Assembly: GCF_036321535.1 (NCBI RefSeq) | Contig: NC_087446.1 | Location: 62,930,001 to 62,994,000, forward strand | Source of the DNA: Camelus dromedarius | Lineage: Eukaryota | Direction: 5' to 3' | DNA length: 64,000 nt | In this document: piece by piece, positions 1 to 25,584 of the stretch | Numbering within the stretch: position 1 is the stretch's first letter | Layout of the letters: each line of letters starts with the position of its first letter | Notes under the pieces: generated by a model | What the model saw: the letters and a program-made list of their open reading frames with translations, nothing else | The model's database searches: none | What the model was told of the DNA's origin: nothing | Translations under genes and position numbers: made by a program

Positions 1-1473
<1,473 letters not shown>

Positions 1474-2119
1474 TTCGCCGTGGATTCCACGCTGATGCAA
1501 CCGGAACCGGCCTCCCGCCAGTGGGCTGAGCAACCGCCGCGAGGCACGCCGGGAAATGGAGTTCGGAACTAGGCGGTTCCCCACGCCCGGCTCCCGGAAA
1601 GTAGGCTGTTTTTCCCATCATGCAACACTAGGAAACAGGAAAAGAGTGTCATAGAGACGGAGAGGCCGTAGATGCAGTGCCAGAGCGGCACTTTCCTGGT
1701 GGGCGGGCCGGAGGAGACCTCTAAGTGTTCGGCGCGGCGCACTTTAATCCTCCGACGCAGCCCGAAGGCGCTGACGGAAACTAAGGGCTCCACTTGTCTG
1801 GCAGAAGTGTCGATGTCTGGACAGTGGCTCTTCGCAATGGCCGACTCTCGATTCGAGTTCATAAGAATCAGACCTCTGGAGTTGAGAGTTACGATAGACT
1901 TAATTTAGTGACGCAATGAAAATTAGTGTGGATAGCCTATTAATTTTTAAAAATGTGACTATTAAATATTGATTTAATACCAGTCTGCAGCGCATAATCA
2001 GCCAGTCTCATTAAACGGGAGGAAACATGTGTAGGGAAAAGGTCAGACTGAGGAGAAGTAAGAAGGCTCAGAGTTTGGCAGTAAGTATATATATATTTCA
2101 AAGAAACGTATCAGTCAAT

Positions 2120-2720
2120 GAGAAAGGGACCCTTCTTAATCATCTTTGTATCCCTTTAAGAATAATACTTGATAGTACTTACGAGCTAAGCATTGTTCTA
2201 AGCATTATGTATATATACGTAAATTTATGTGTAATAATAATTCACTTATATGTGAACATAAGTTTAATTCTAAAAAAACTCTGGAGGTTCTGGGCCTTTT
2301 GAATCTAAGCTATAAGAAGGCTTGCAGCTTCTGCCCAGTCTTCTTGGAAAACTCTAATAGCCCTGAGATGCCTTGCAAGAAGCCTTACTACCCTGAGATT
2401 GCCATGCTGGAGAGGTGTCCTGTTGACACTCTGGCTGACAGCGCCAGCTGATCCCAGCATTCCAGTCAGCCTCATCAAGGTGTCAGGTGAGTGAAGCTCT
2501 CCAGACCAGCCTGTCTATCTACCTGCTGGATACCACCAAGTGGCCCTAGTCAATGCCACAAGGGACAGAAGAATCACCCAGCTGAGCCCTGCTGAAATTT
2601 CTGCCCCGTAAAATTGTAGGCTATGAGAAAATAGTTGTTATTTTAAAAATTACAAACAAACCATGAGATAGCTTCTCTCATTCTCATTTTTTAGATGAGG
2701 AAACAAGCACGGAGAGATTA
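2120..2720. mobile_element. MIR fragments interrupted by an MLT1-type MaLR LTR (approx. 2265-2640)
   Basis: MIR-like 'gagctaagcattgttctaagcatt' and 'cattttttagatgaggaaac' flank an LTR with MLT1-like 'cccagctgagccctgctgaaatttctg...ttgttattttaa'. Matched to recalled consensuses; boundaries approximate. Confidence 0.6.
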
Positions 2721-2729
2721 CTTCGCACT

Positions 2730-4340
2730 ACACAAGGCATTGAAGATACGATACAATTATTCACAAAATAGATACAGGCTGCTTCCTTGGCAGAGCTTAC
2801 AGTCTTCCTGGAAAGTCAGAAAGTCAAAAACTTTAAAGTATCCTGAAAGTTATCACGGGGGAATGTAAAACTTGCTGTAGGATCTCCTAGTTAGGGCCCC
2901 TACGGGACTCTAAGGGTTTGAGAGGTCTTCTTGTGCAAATGACCTTTCCACTGAGATCTGGCTGATGAGTAAGAGTTCACCAGGTGAAGGCTAGTAGGAG
3001 TGGAAAGAGGAAGTGTTTCTAGCAGAGGAAACAACTTCTGCAAAGGACCAGAGGCCTCAATGCACTTTAGGAATGTGAGGAATTAGTGTGTGGCTGGCGT
3101 ATGGAGTTTGTGGTGGGGAGTGTGAAAATGCTAGGCTAAAAGGAGAAAGTCTCGTAAACCATATTGTAGAACTTGGACTTTGAGAAAAACTGGAAGCCTT
3201 TGAAAAGTTAAGTCAGGAGAGTGGCAGGGCATTTTTGTGTTTTAGAAACTTCACTCTGGCTGCTATGCCAGGAATGGACTGGAAGCAGAGCTCTATGCAA
3301 GGAGACTAGTTCAAAGATGATATCATCTGGGCTAGTTGTAGATAGACTGGAAAGATTTAGTAATCAATTAAATGTGAGTGGGGAGGAAACAAGAGAAGTT
3401 AAGTTTGGCTGCCAGGTTTCTGACCTGAGCAGCTGGGTATACCCTGTGTGTGCTCCAACAGATGATCATATTTCCCCTATCATACTGGTTATCACACTGT
3501 ATTTTAATTGTTATGAGAGGGCACCTTGATTGATAATGCCTAGCACACAGTTCTTGCCTGGCACCCGTGGTAGTAAGCATTTACTAAATGTTTGTAAATA
3601 TAAATTTAACTTAATGGTGGGACTGAAAGAGAAACTGGTTTGTGGAAAGCTGACAAGTTCAGTTCAGAACACAGTATTTGTGGTACCTGTGAAACATCCA
3701 GGTGGAGATTTTCAGGGGACAGCGGATTAGATTGGAGCTCCAAAGAAAGATCTGGACTGGAGATATGGTACCAGCAACATATGGAGGTCATCTGAGCTGG
3801 GGAGAGAATAAGACCACCTTTGGCTTATAGAGTGCAAATGGCACGGAATCTCAGTCAGACCTCTGGGGTTTAAGAAACAAGCAAAGTCCTTCCTTATGCA
3901 ACAGAGAAGGAACTGCTAAAAAGGTAAGAGGAACGCCAGCAGAGGTTGTAGAAGGAGAGAAAGGTCAACTGTGTTGGCTGCTGCTGAGATGTAGAGCAAC
4001 GTAAGGACAGCAAAGTGTCCCTGCAGCGTCAGAGGTGACCCTATGAGGAGTGAACTTGCAAAGGTGATGGAGTGAGGGGAGAGGAAATGGGGACCCCCAT
4101 GTGTAGGCAAAAAAGCTTGGCTGTAAAAAGGAAGAGAATGCTAGGGTGGCAACTGGAGAGTACAGCAGGAGGAGGTTTGTCTAAAGATGGGAGAGACTTG
4201 GATATGTTTAAAAACTAATGGAAAGGAGTCAATAAAGAGGAAAAAGATAAAGTGCAGGTGCAGCAGAGAAAGCAGAAGAGGCTGAGATTTGAGCACGAAC
4301 AACCACCAGATGAATGAACGAATGAATAAATGAAGTTGGT
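2730..4340 (-). mobile_element. Degenerate L2 LINE fragments
   Basis: Typical L2 antisense motifs ('gagcttacagtc', 'agaggaaacaacttctgcaaagg', 'tttggctgccaggtttctgacctgagcagctggg') plus an L2 3'-end remnant at about 3535-3600. Confidence 0.6.
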
Positions 4341-4499
4341 CACTCTTTTGGAAGTGGGAGGGAAGAGTTAAGGGTAGAGTTCTCCACATACTGAAAGTGG
4401 AGCAAACCAAGGAGGAAGATCACTGAGGCCGAATCCCCCGTACTGGCTACCCAGCCCTCAGATCACGTGTCCGGGGAGGAGAGCTAGTTCTCGGATGTC

Positions 4500-4601
4500 A
4501 TTAAGGGGGAGGGGCACTCCCTACCCCACCTCTCCAAAGCCAGACAGAAAGCCTCACGTTGTGCAGTGGAGAAACCGAGAGAAGGGGGAAAATGTGGTCA
4601 G
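4500..4601 (+). other. ARHGAP9: Candidate non-coding first exon of ARHGAP9 (5' end approximate)
   Basis: Strong donor CAG|gtaagg at 4601/4602 in unique sequence upstream of the acceptor (ttcccgtag|G, 5679/5680) of the ATG-containing exon. Confidence 0.55.
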
Positions 4602-5697
4602 GTAAGGAGAAAGCACAGGTATGGGTTTCAAAGCTTTGGCAATCGACAGGGGAGGTCAGTTCCTACCTTTCACTCCCACGTGCTGTCAAAGCATCCTGTA
4701 CTGCTTATCCATAGCCCCTAATTCAGTTGTGGTTAGTACATTTATGATGCCATCAGTTAAGATCTGTCTTTAGCTTTCAAGAGGGCAAGGGCTATGGCTA
4801 CATCTCTCTCTTTCCCCTCTCTTATCTCCAGTAGCTGACACTGTTTTTCACATAGGACCTGCTCAGCCAATCCTTGTTAAGAGCATGAATGAATGAACCC
4901 ACACACTAAGGTAGGGTCCCACCCGAAAGGTTTGTATACAGAGGATCATATCAAGGCTTCTCAGCTCCCCAAAACACATCCCAGATTCAGAAGAAGATCT
5001 TTTCACCTCTTCCTCAAACTCTGAACCCCTCTGTGTTTCTCCCAGCCACTTTCTCTTTCTCTCCAGTTTGGTTTTACTATTTTTCTGGCTGTCTGTTTCT
5101 CTGTCTTTATGGGGTTTTTTTTCCTGAATTTGCACAGGAAGCACGCAGCTTTAGGTCTGAGACGATTGGTAATGGAAACATTGGTGCCTATGTAAATTTA
5201 ATAAAGTGTCATGAATATTTGTATCTTTGTCATTAATGCTTGTCTCTTTGCCTGTGTTCTGTCTCAGACCTGATTCTTTCTCAACATCTTCCCGTGTCCA
5301 GCTCAAGAGTCCCACCACCACCCAGGACCAGCTCCTCCTGCCCCTGGATCTTCTGATGGGCCCCAGAAGGTACTCAGAGGAAAATTTCTGAGCTAGACCC
5401 TCTCCTCTGATTTCCTGCCTTGCTGGTCTCGCAGGCCTGCTGACCACATCCTCTCTCACCTTACTGACATACTTCCTCATTAGTCACAGCACCCAGGACT
5501 TCTCAGCCCCCAAAACCTATTACTGACCCTCACCCGGGCCCTCTTCCGTACCCTCTTCTCTCACCCCAGGGTTCCTGTTTTTACCTTCTACCCTACACTG
5601 CTCTTAGAACCATGTCTGTCTGCTTGCAAGCAGCCGGTCCTGTCCTTTTCTGGTTCTCCAACACCCCTTTTTCCCGTAGGTGGCAGTACTGACGACA

Positions 5698-12365
<6,668 letters not shown>

Positions 12366-12620
12366 CTGGGGCAGGGAAGAAGAGAAAATATGTTTCCAGT
12401 GATCTTTGCTGGGTGCCCTTTGATGGGGGTGCAGGTGGGGCTGTTCTGTTTGGGGGACATCCCTTTAAATCCTGTGTCTCCCAGATGACTGTCTGCATCT
12501 TTGTGAGTCTGAGCTGAGGGGTTGGGATAGGGTGAGGAAGCTTTTCTAAAGAAGGAAGTGGATGGATTAACCCCTGCTTCTCTAGTTCCCTGTCATCACC
12601 TCTCCTTCAAGATAATAACG

Positions 12621-12626
12621 TATAAA
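12621..12626 (+). terminator. Probable non-canonical poly(A) signal (TATAAA) of ARHGAP9
   Basis: No AATAAA or ATTAAA on + between the stop (12365) and the GLI1 stop (12841). TATAAA is the only recognised variant hexamer I found. Confidence 0.5.
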
Positions 12627-12651
12627 GCAGGGCTCTTTCGGATGCAGTTCC

Positions 12652-12657
12652 TTTATT
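12652..12657 (-). terminator. Canonical poly(A) signal AATAAA of GLI1
   Basis: tttatt on + at 12652-12657, about 185 nt after the GLI1 stop. Confidence 0.85.
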
Positions 12658-12840
12658 ATCAGGAAACAGTATCACTATCAAATTCCTCCCCAGATGCATT
12701 TAGACTGTGTACAGCCCCAGCCTGTACCTCCCATCCCTGGGGCATCCCGAGGCTGGGGAGGGGGTGCTATGGCTCTTCCTCCTGACTTCTTTGTGAGGAT
12801 GGAAACCCCTTAGGAAACGTGTATCTGTGATTCCCGCTCT

Positions 12841-19793
<6,953 letters not shown>

Positions 19794-20639
19794 GGTGTCT
19801 CAGAGGAGAGTGTGGGGATACTGTAGGAGGGGTAGGGAGATCTGCAAGTTATAAAGGCAGGAGGGAAATACGGAAGGTCAGATAACTAAGTCAGGCACAG
19901 AACCCTGGGCAAAGCACCTCCAAGACATCTGCCATGGGAAATCAACTTGAAATGAGCATCACTCAGCCAGGGAGAGAGAGAGTAAGAAGAGAAGTCCCAT
20001 AGAGGCAGTCTTAGGGATCTTTGTGGGAACTGGGTAGAAGCTTTGCCTGGATGGTCTGTGTGTTGTGTGTGTGTGGAGTGTTCTGGACTTAACTGTGGCT
20101 ATGTGGGTTCCAAGGGATTTTATACCTGGACCCTCTATTTCTTCTTCCTCTGACCATGGATGGGCCAGCTATGAGGGGTGGGATGGGGAAATTCATGCAG
20201 AGGAGTGTCTGACTTAAAGCACTGGACTGGCTTGCTCTGCCTGAGCCCCTTTCCCTTTCCTTCATTTGTTGCTTGCCGCCCAGGTTCCAGCAGAGGGAGC
20301 CCTCGCCACGGCCCAGACAGAGAGGCTGGTAGGGCCAGGAGGGAACACGGATGATCTGCCGTTTTCTCTCTAACGCAGAAAACTGTGTGTTGAAGGGGAT
20401 AGGGTTTCTGAGAGAAGCCTCCCGGGTCTGTTGGGTACAAAGGATGGAAGCTGGGGTTATTCAGGGGTGGTCTGGATCTGGGCGCCTGCTTAACTCTTTT
20501 GGTCGTTTTGAGGAACAGAAAAGGGATTGTGAGGGAAAACTTTGGGAGAATTAAAAAACAAAAACAAAAAACAAACCAAAGTCATCATCCATTAGAGAGG
20601 AGTAATGAGGAAGAATAGAGTATCTGTCCGCTTTTCTCC

Positions 20640-21600
20640 TCAAACTCCAGTTTTTTGCTCCGCCCCGGGTTTTCCGCTTTCCCGGGACTGAGGGTGGGGT
20701 GGGGCGGGGTAGGGTGGAGAACGACCGGGAGCGGGCCGGCCGGCGCGGTGGGTGATCCCGGGATGCTGGGATTTAGGGTGAGGGCGGGGTAAGATGGGGA
20801 GCGGAACCCGGACCCCATGACACAGCCTGAGCCCCGCAGCCTGGGCTGTACCCTTCCTAACTCCTCCTTTCCCAGCGGAGATCCGGATCCCGCAACCAAG
20901 ACCACTCAGCTCGACCTTGGCACTATGTTGGGGGGCACAGCTGGCTGGCAGCTGGAATGGGGGACACTTCTCCCGCCTCCTTCCTCTATGACTCACCCAG
21001 AGTAAGGAGGCGGGGGCTTGTAAACGACCCCCCAAAACTAGAGACTCCCCCAAACATGCCTGCTCAGTCATCTTCCTGCCCCACTGCCCAGCCACAGGGG
21101 AGCCCGAGATGGAAATGGGGCGATGTCCCTCCTCGCCCACGCGTGCCAAAGCCCACCTACGTCTCCCCTTCACACTGGTGAAAGGAAAATTTCGCCAACT
21201 TTTCCAGCTTCAATTAAGTTTTTCTGGGGTGTGGATGAGAGCGCAGGTTGGGACAGGGAGTTCTAGGGTTCCCTTGCTGGAGCCCTGAATCATCTTCTGT
21301 GTCTCCCAATTTTCCNNNNNNNNNNNNNNNNNNNNNNNNNNNNNNNNNNNNNNNNNNNNNNNNNNNNNNNNNNNNNNNNNNNNNNNNNNNNNNNNNNNNN
21401 NNNNNNNNNNNNNNNNNNNNNNNNNNNNNNNNNNNNNNNNNNNNNNACGGCTCCGCTTCCCCCGCCCGCTCCGGGAGCCCAGTCGAGCGAGCCACGGGGG
21501 GGGGGGGGGAGCGATGCGGATTGAGAGGCGGGACACATTCTTGCCTCCTCCCCTCGGAGCATCCAGAGCTGGCAGTGGCGCGGGAGGACGGGGTGGGGGC
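20640..21600. promoter_or_regulatory. CpG-rich regulatory region in GLI1 5' intron with near-consensus GLI sites
   Basis: CpG-dense. One-mismatch versions of GACCACCCA at 20749-20757 (GATCACCCA, -), 20900-20908 (GACCACTCA) and 21026-21034 (GACCCCCCA). Confidence 0.65.
21316..21446. other. N-run (131 nt); others at 23240-23371, 24660-24790, 56369-56517, 56698-56831, 56968-57239, 59347-59489
   Basis: Counted directly from the sequence. Confidence 0.98.
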
Positions 21601-22590
21601 TCTGTTGGACAAGTGGGAGTCCCTCGGTGAGGTGGAAAAGAAAGAATCCAGAAACTATAAGGGGGGAAAGTGATTAGGGAAAATAAGGTGTGTCTGGGGA
21701 GGGGGCGGTTCCTGGGTATCCCAGCTGGCTTCCCAAGGGTTAACCACTCCAGACCCCCGGGAACCCCCTAGTGACGTCAAGGGCGGGGTCTGTACTGTCT
21801 GGCAGGGGATGCCTTGCCTAGGAAATAATGTGGGGGGGGCTCTGGACCCCGACCCCCAAGGAAAAATCCTTATTCAGACCTTTACAACGCCCCCCGAGAA
21901 ATCGCCCTGCCTTCTCCCTCTAATGGACCGTAAAGACCTATTCTATGACGACCCCAGTTCTCCAGCCCCCTAAAACCCCAGTGCCTGTGGGATCCCCTTT
22001 GCCTAATCCTATCCCCAAAGCCCGCTGCCCAGGGCGGATTGTTTCGGGGTCACGGGGCCTGAAAGAGACTTCGGAGCGGGGAGCAAGGGCAGGCAGGGTG
22101 GTCTGAGCCAGAGGAGGGGCCTCGGTCCCCAGCTCCCGTTTGGGAGGGGGGCCAACCGAGATGCACAGGCAGGCAGTGGCCAGTGGTCCCGCCCCATCCC
22201 AGTAGGGGTCTCCCTGCGGCTGGCCCCGGCTGCCCCGGTGGTCCTGAGGTCAGAAGGTCAAGACAAGGTCTCCTCAGCTCCTCCTTAGCACCCTGCCCAC
22301 AGCCCTTAGGACCCAGGAGTCCAAATTCCTTGGGGAGTCTTTCTAGGGCCTAAACCAGAGAGTCGCTTCTCCAGCCCCCAGCTAGTCCAGAAAACAATTC
22401 CTTCCCCTCAAAACACACGCACCAACAAGCACATCTGTCACAAGACAGGTCAGGGGCTCAAGCCCAGCCGCCCCCCAGTGGCTTTGTCGCCTCACACACA
22501 CCCACTCCCACCCCATCTAGGGCTCTCTCCTTAGCTGTTCCCTCCTTTCAGAAACACTGACGTCTTCCTGCCCCGCGCTCAGAGTCACAC

Positions 22591-22734
22591 CTGGAGTTCC
22601 CTCTCTATCACGCAGACCTCCAGCTAGCCGTCCCTCCAGCCTCTTCATCCCAACCTCATGAATGTGAGATATTTCTAATATATGGGAGAGGCGGAGACAA
22701 AGACATCCACGGTTGCCTGAGACAGAGACACAGA
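22591..22734 (-). other. GLI1: Alternative non-coding GLI1 exon 1A (144 nt) with three upstream ATGs
   Basis: Acceptor tttttcttcttacag| at 22735/22734 and donor CCAG|gtgtga at 22591/22590. The 144-nt length matches what I recall for human GLI1 exon 1A. Confidence 0.7.
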
Positions 22735-22947
22735 CTGTAAGAAGAAAAAAGATACAGAGAAAGGGAGATACATTTGAAAAAGTTCTCGAAACTTTCTACT
22801 ATCTTACCCCGGGCTCTCCCACCCCTACTTTGCCTCTGTGCCCTAGGTCTCCCTCTTGGCTGGGCAGAGTCCCTCGCAAGCAGAGCATCCCCTCAGGCCC
22901 CCTCCCCCACCCCTCCCAGGTGGTCCCCCGCCTGCCCCCCTTCTCAC

Positions 22948-23000
22948 CTCCGTCTGGGCGCAGGGCTCGGGATGCGCGGTCCAGGGCAGGAGTCTGGGCT
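22948..23000 (-). other. GLI1: GLI1 non-coding exon 1 (5' end approximate)
   Basis: Reads CCCAGACTCCTGCCCTGGACCGCGCATCCCGAGCCCTGCGCCCAGACGGAG|gtgaga on -, closely resembling the recalled human GLI1 mRNA 5' end; strong donor at 22948/22947. Confidence 0.85.
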
Positions 23001-23240
23001 GGGGGGTGTGCGGTGGGGAGGGGGGGCGGACAGGGCTATGGCAGCGCAGCCTCAGTGCCACCCCCAACCCCCCCAACCTGGCCCCCAGCCCACCCGCCGG
23101 CCCAGCCCGCCGGGCCGCGAGCCGGGACCACCCGCGAGAAGCGCAAACTTTTTTTTCCCTTTTGCAAAAACTTTCTCGTTGAAGCCGCTGGCACGCCGCC
23201 GCTCTTCCCGCTCGCCCCTCACCTCCCTCCTATTTCCCTN
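23001..23240 (-). promoter_or_regulatory. GC-rich TATA-less GLI1 promoter; GLI site GACCACCCG at 23126-23134
   Basis: CpG-rich with GC boxes directly upstream of exon 1; truncated by an N-run at 23240-23371. Confidence 0.7.
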
Positions 23241-24589
23241 NNNNNNNNNNNNNNNNNNNNNNNNNNNNNNNNNNNNNNNNNNNNNNNNNNNNNNNNNNNN
23301 NNNNNNNNNNNNNNNNNNNNNNNNNNNNNNNNNNNNNNNNNNNNNNNNNNNNNNNNNNNNNNNNNNNNNNNCCCCGGGGGGCTGAACACGCTGCTGGTGG
23401 TGGGCAGTAAATCCCGGCCTGGATCCCTGGATCGGCTACCCAAAAAGAGGCCCTGACCAGAGCCAGGAAAAAAAAAATTGAGAATTATATTGAGGGGCGA
23501 GGAGTGGGTGACGAAAAAATTCATTCGAGAAAGATAATACTGAAAGTAGGGTCGTCGTGCTAATTGAGCATTCCTCCATCTTGTAGTTTATTCGCTGGCC
23601 TCACCCTTTGGATGGAACATGAAGGGATTGAGACAGATTTGGGGTTTGGTGGAAACAGGATTGGGACAGAGTTGGGCTGGGGGCCCTGGGCGGAAGATGT
23701 GGGGTCTATGAAGCATAAAAGGGAGGAGCAGCGGCTGAAGCTCTGGGTGCAGAGCATGTGTTCACAAGGTTACTAAGGAACCCTGGGACTGAAGCACTGT
23801 TCCCTGAGAACCCCGGCTCTCCCTCATCTCGAAATTCTGGAGACTGAGGCCACCTCTGCACCTCTGCGCTGCCCACCCTCAGCTCTTCAAGGCTGTTTGC
23901 TCCCTCTGCTGGCCTTTCTGGCACATGACACCCTCTCGGAGTCTGGAAACGGGAGACTCGGGGAGCTGAAGGAGTAGGAGGCTTAACAGGTCCCCCCACC
24001 AAAGCCCAGTTGGGAGCCCATGGAGGGGTTGTATGAACCCAAAGAAACCGAGGAGCCCACTGGCAGAGGCTGCCACTGTAGAGCGGTAGTGTCTGATAGG
24101 GGAGTGCCCTGTCTCTTTGGATTTGGGTTGCCATGGTGACCAGATGCAGGGGAAGGGGCAGCTATTTCAGTCTTTCTGGCCTTTCTTTATGAGAAAGGGG
24201 AGAAGGCATGATAGAGGGAAAGGAATCCCTTCCTTTTCTGTCACCCCTCAGATAGACCTCCCACTTCCTATCTCTACATCCAAACACCACCTCCTTGGGT
24301 CTGGAAAGTCAGTGGGTTAACTGTTCAGTCTGAGGGTCAAGGGGAAAGGTGAAACGAGAAAGAGGTCTGAGGCCTGACAAATATGTGTAGTAACTGTGGG
24401 AGGAAAGATAAGGAGCCCTATTTGAGCCTCCCTCCCCCACATGACTTTGACCCAGACACCACTTATACCCAGAGGGTCAGGCAAGACCAGCGATGACTGG
24501 AAAAGGGACCCTACACATGCTCCTTCCAGAGGAGCTCTTTCGGAGCACACCGCGTTCTCCTCCCCACCCTGGACTCTGGGCCTCTAGAT

Positions 24590-24932
24590 CAGCGATTCTC
24601 AAACAATTTGGTTTCAACACTCCTTGACTCTCTTTAAAAAATTACTCAGCTTTTGTTTANNNNNNNNNNNNNNNNNNNNNNNNNNNNNNNNNNNNNNNNN
24701 NNNNNNNNNNNNNNNNNNNNNNNNNNNNNNNNNNNNNNNNNNNNNNNNNNNNNNNNNNNNNNNNNNNNNNNNNNNNNNNNNNNNNNNNNNGGAAAACACT
24801 GTAGGCTTTTGAGATGTGGAAAATTAAAAAGGCAAATAACATCTTAGTATTATTAGGAAAATAGTTTGGACCATGTGAAAAGGTCTCAGGAACCTCCCCA
24901 GGGGTTCCCAGGCCACACTCTGACAACCGCTC
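24590..24932 (+). mobile_element. hAT-Charlie family DNA transposon (Charlie4-like), partly masked
   Basis: Ends cagcgattctcaaac / tctgacaaccgctc resemble Charlie TIRs. 8-bp target duplication ctctagat (24582-24589) / ctctggac (24933-24940) fits the NTCTAGAN hAT preference. Confidence 0.7.
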
Positions 24933-24992
24933 CTCTGGACCATCAGCCCAGCCCTTCTATATGACTCACACTTTTTGATTTTTTTCTTCATT

Positions 24993-24998
24993 TTTATT
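24993..24998 (-). terminator. Candidate INHBE poly(A) signal AATAAA
   Basis: tttatt on +, about 590 nt after the INHBE stop; first canonical hexamer I saw downstream. Confidence 0.5.
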
Positions 24999-25584
24999 AG
25001 GAAAGTAAAAACATTTGCTCCCCCACCCCACGCCGAGAAAAACCAGAGAGCTTCTCAAGCTCAGCACCGCTCTCAGGACTCCCTGCTCTGGGGCTCTCCT
25101 AAACTCCTCCCGTCAGCCCTTGCCCAGCTCCCTCTGGAGCCTCCCTTGAACAGTCCCTACATTTGGCCCATCGGTTTTCCCATCCCAAGCCCTCGGAGCC
25201 CTCATCGGCTTCTTCCTTCCCTCACTTGAGGGCTTTCTCTTCTTGGGAGAGACTCAGTGATTTTTCACTGCCTTCTCCTTCCCACCCTCCCTCCCTCACC
25301 TCTGCCATCTTCTCAGCTGGCTTAGGGTAGGAAATCATGCTTTCTGGGTAGACTCCTTTAGAGGACACACTTCCCCCATCTCCCTCTACATCAGCCAGCC
25401 TGGAATAGGCCAGAGTCTGGACAAGAAAGTGCCCATTTGGGTCCCAGAGGGGCTAACCCAGTCATACTGCCAAGCGGCCCATGGGTGGAGGTATGGATCA
25501 GGGATCCGATGCTGCAGCCACAGATGCCCTTTGCCTGGGAGCCCTTAGCCTGATCTCTTCACTCCAAATGCCCAGGTCTTCTTG

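Noticed and set aside
21602-21655. Two plausible minus-strand acceptors in the GLI1 intron (possible extra 5'UTR exon)
   Set aside because: No donor visible before the N-run at 21316-21446, so no exon can be defined.
22713-23456. 247-aa and 203-aa ORFs over the GLI1 promoter
   Set aside because: GC-rich, antisense to exon 1, and extended artificially through an N-run.
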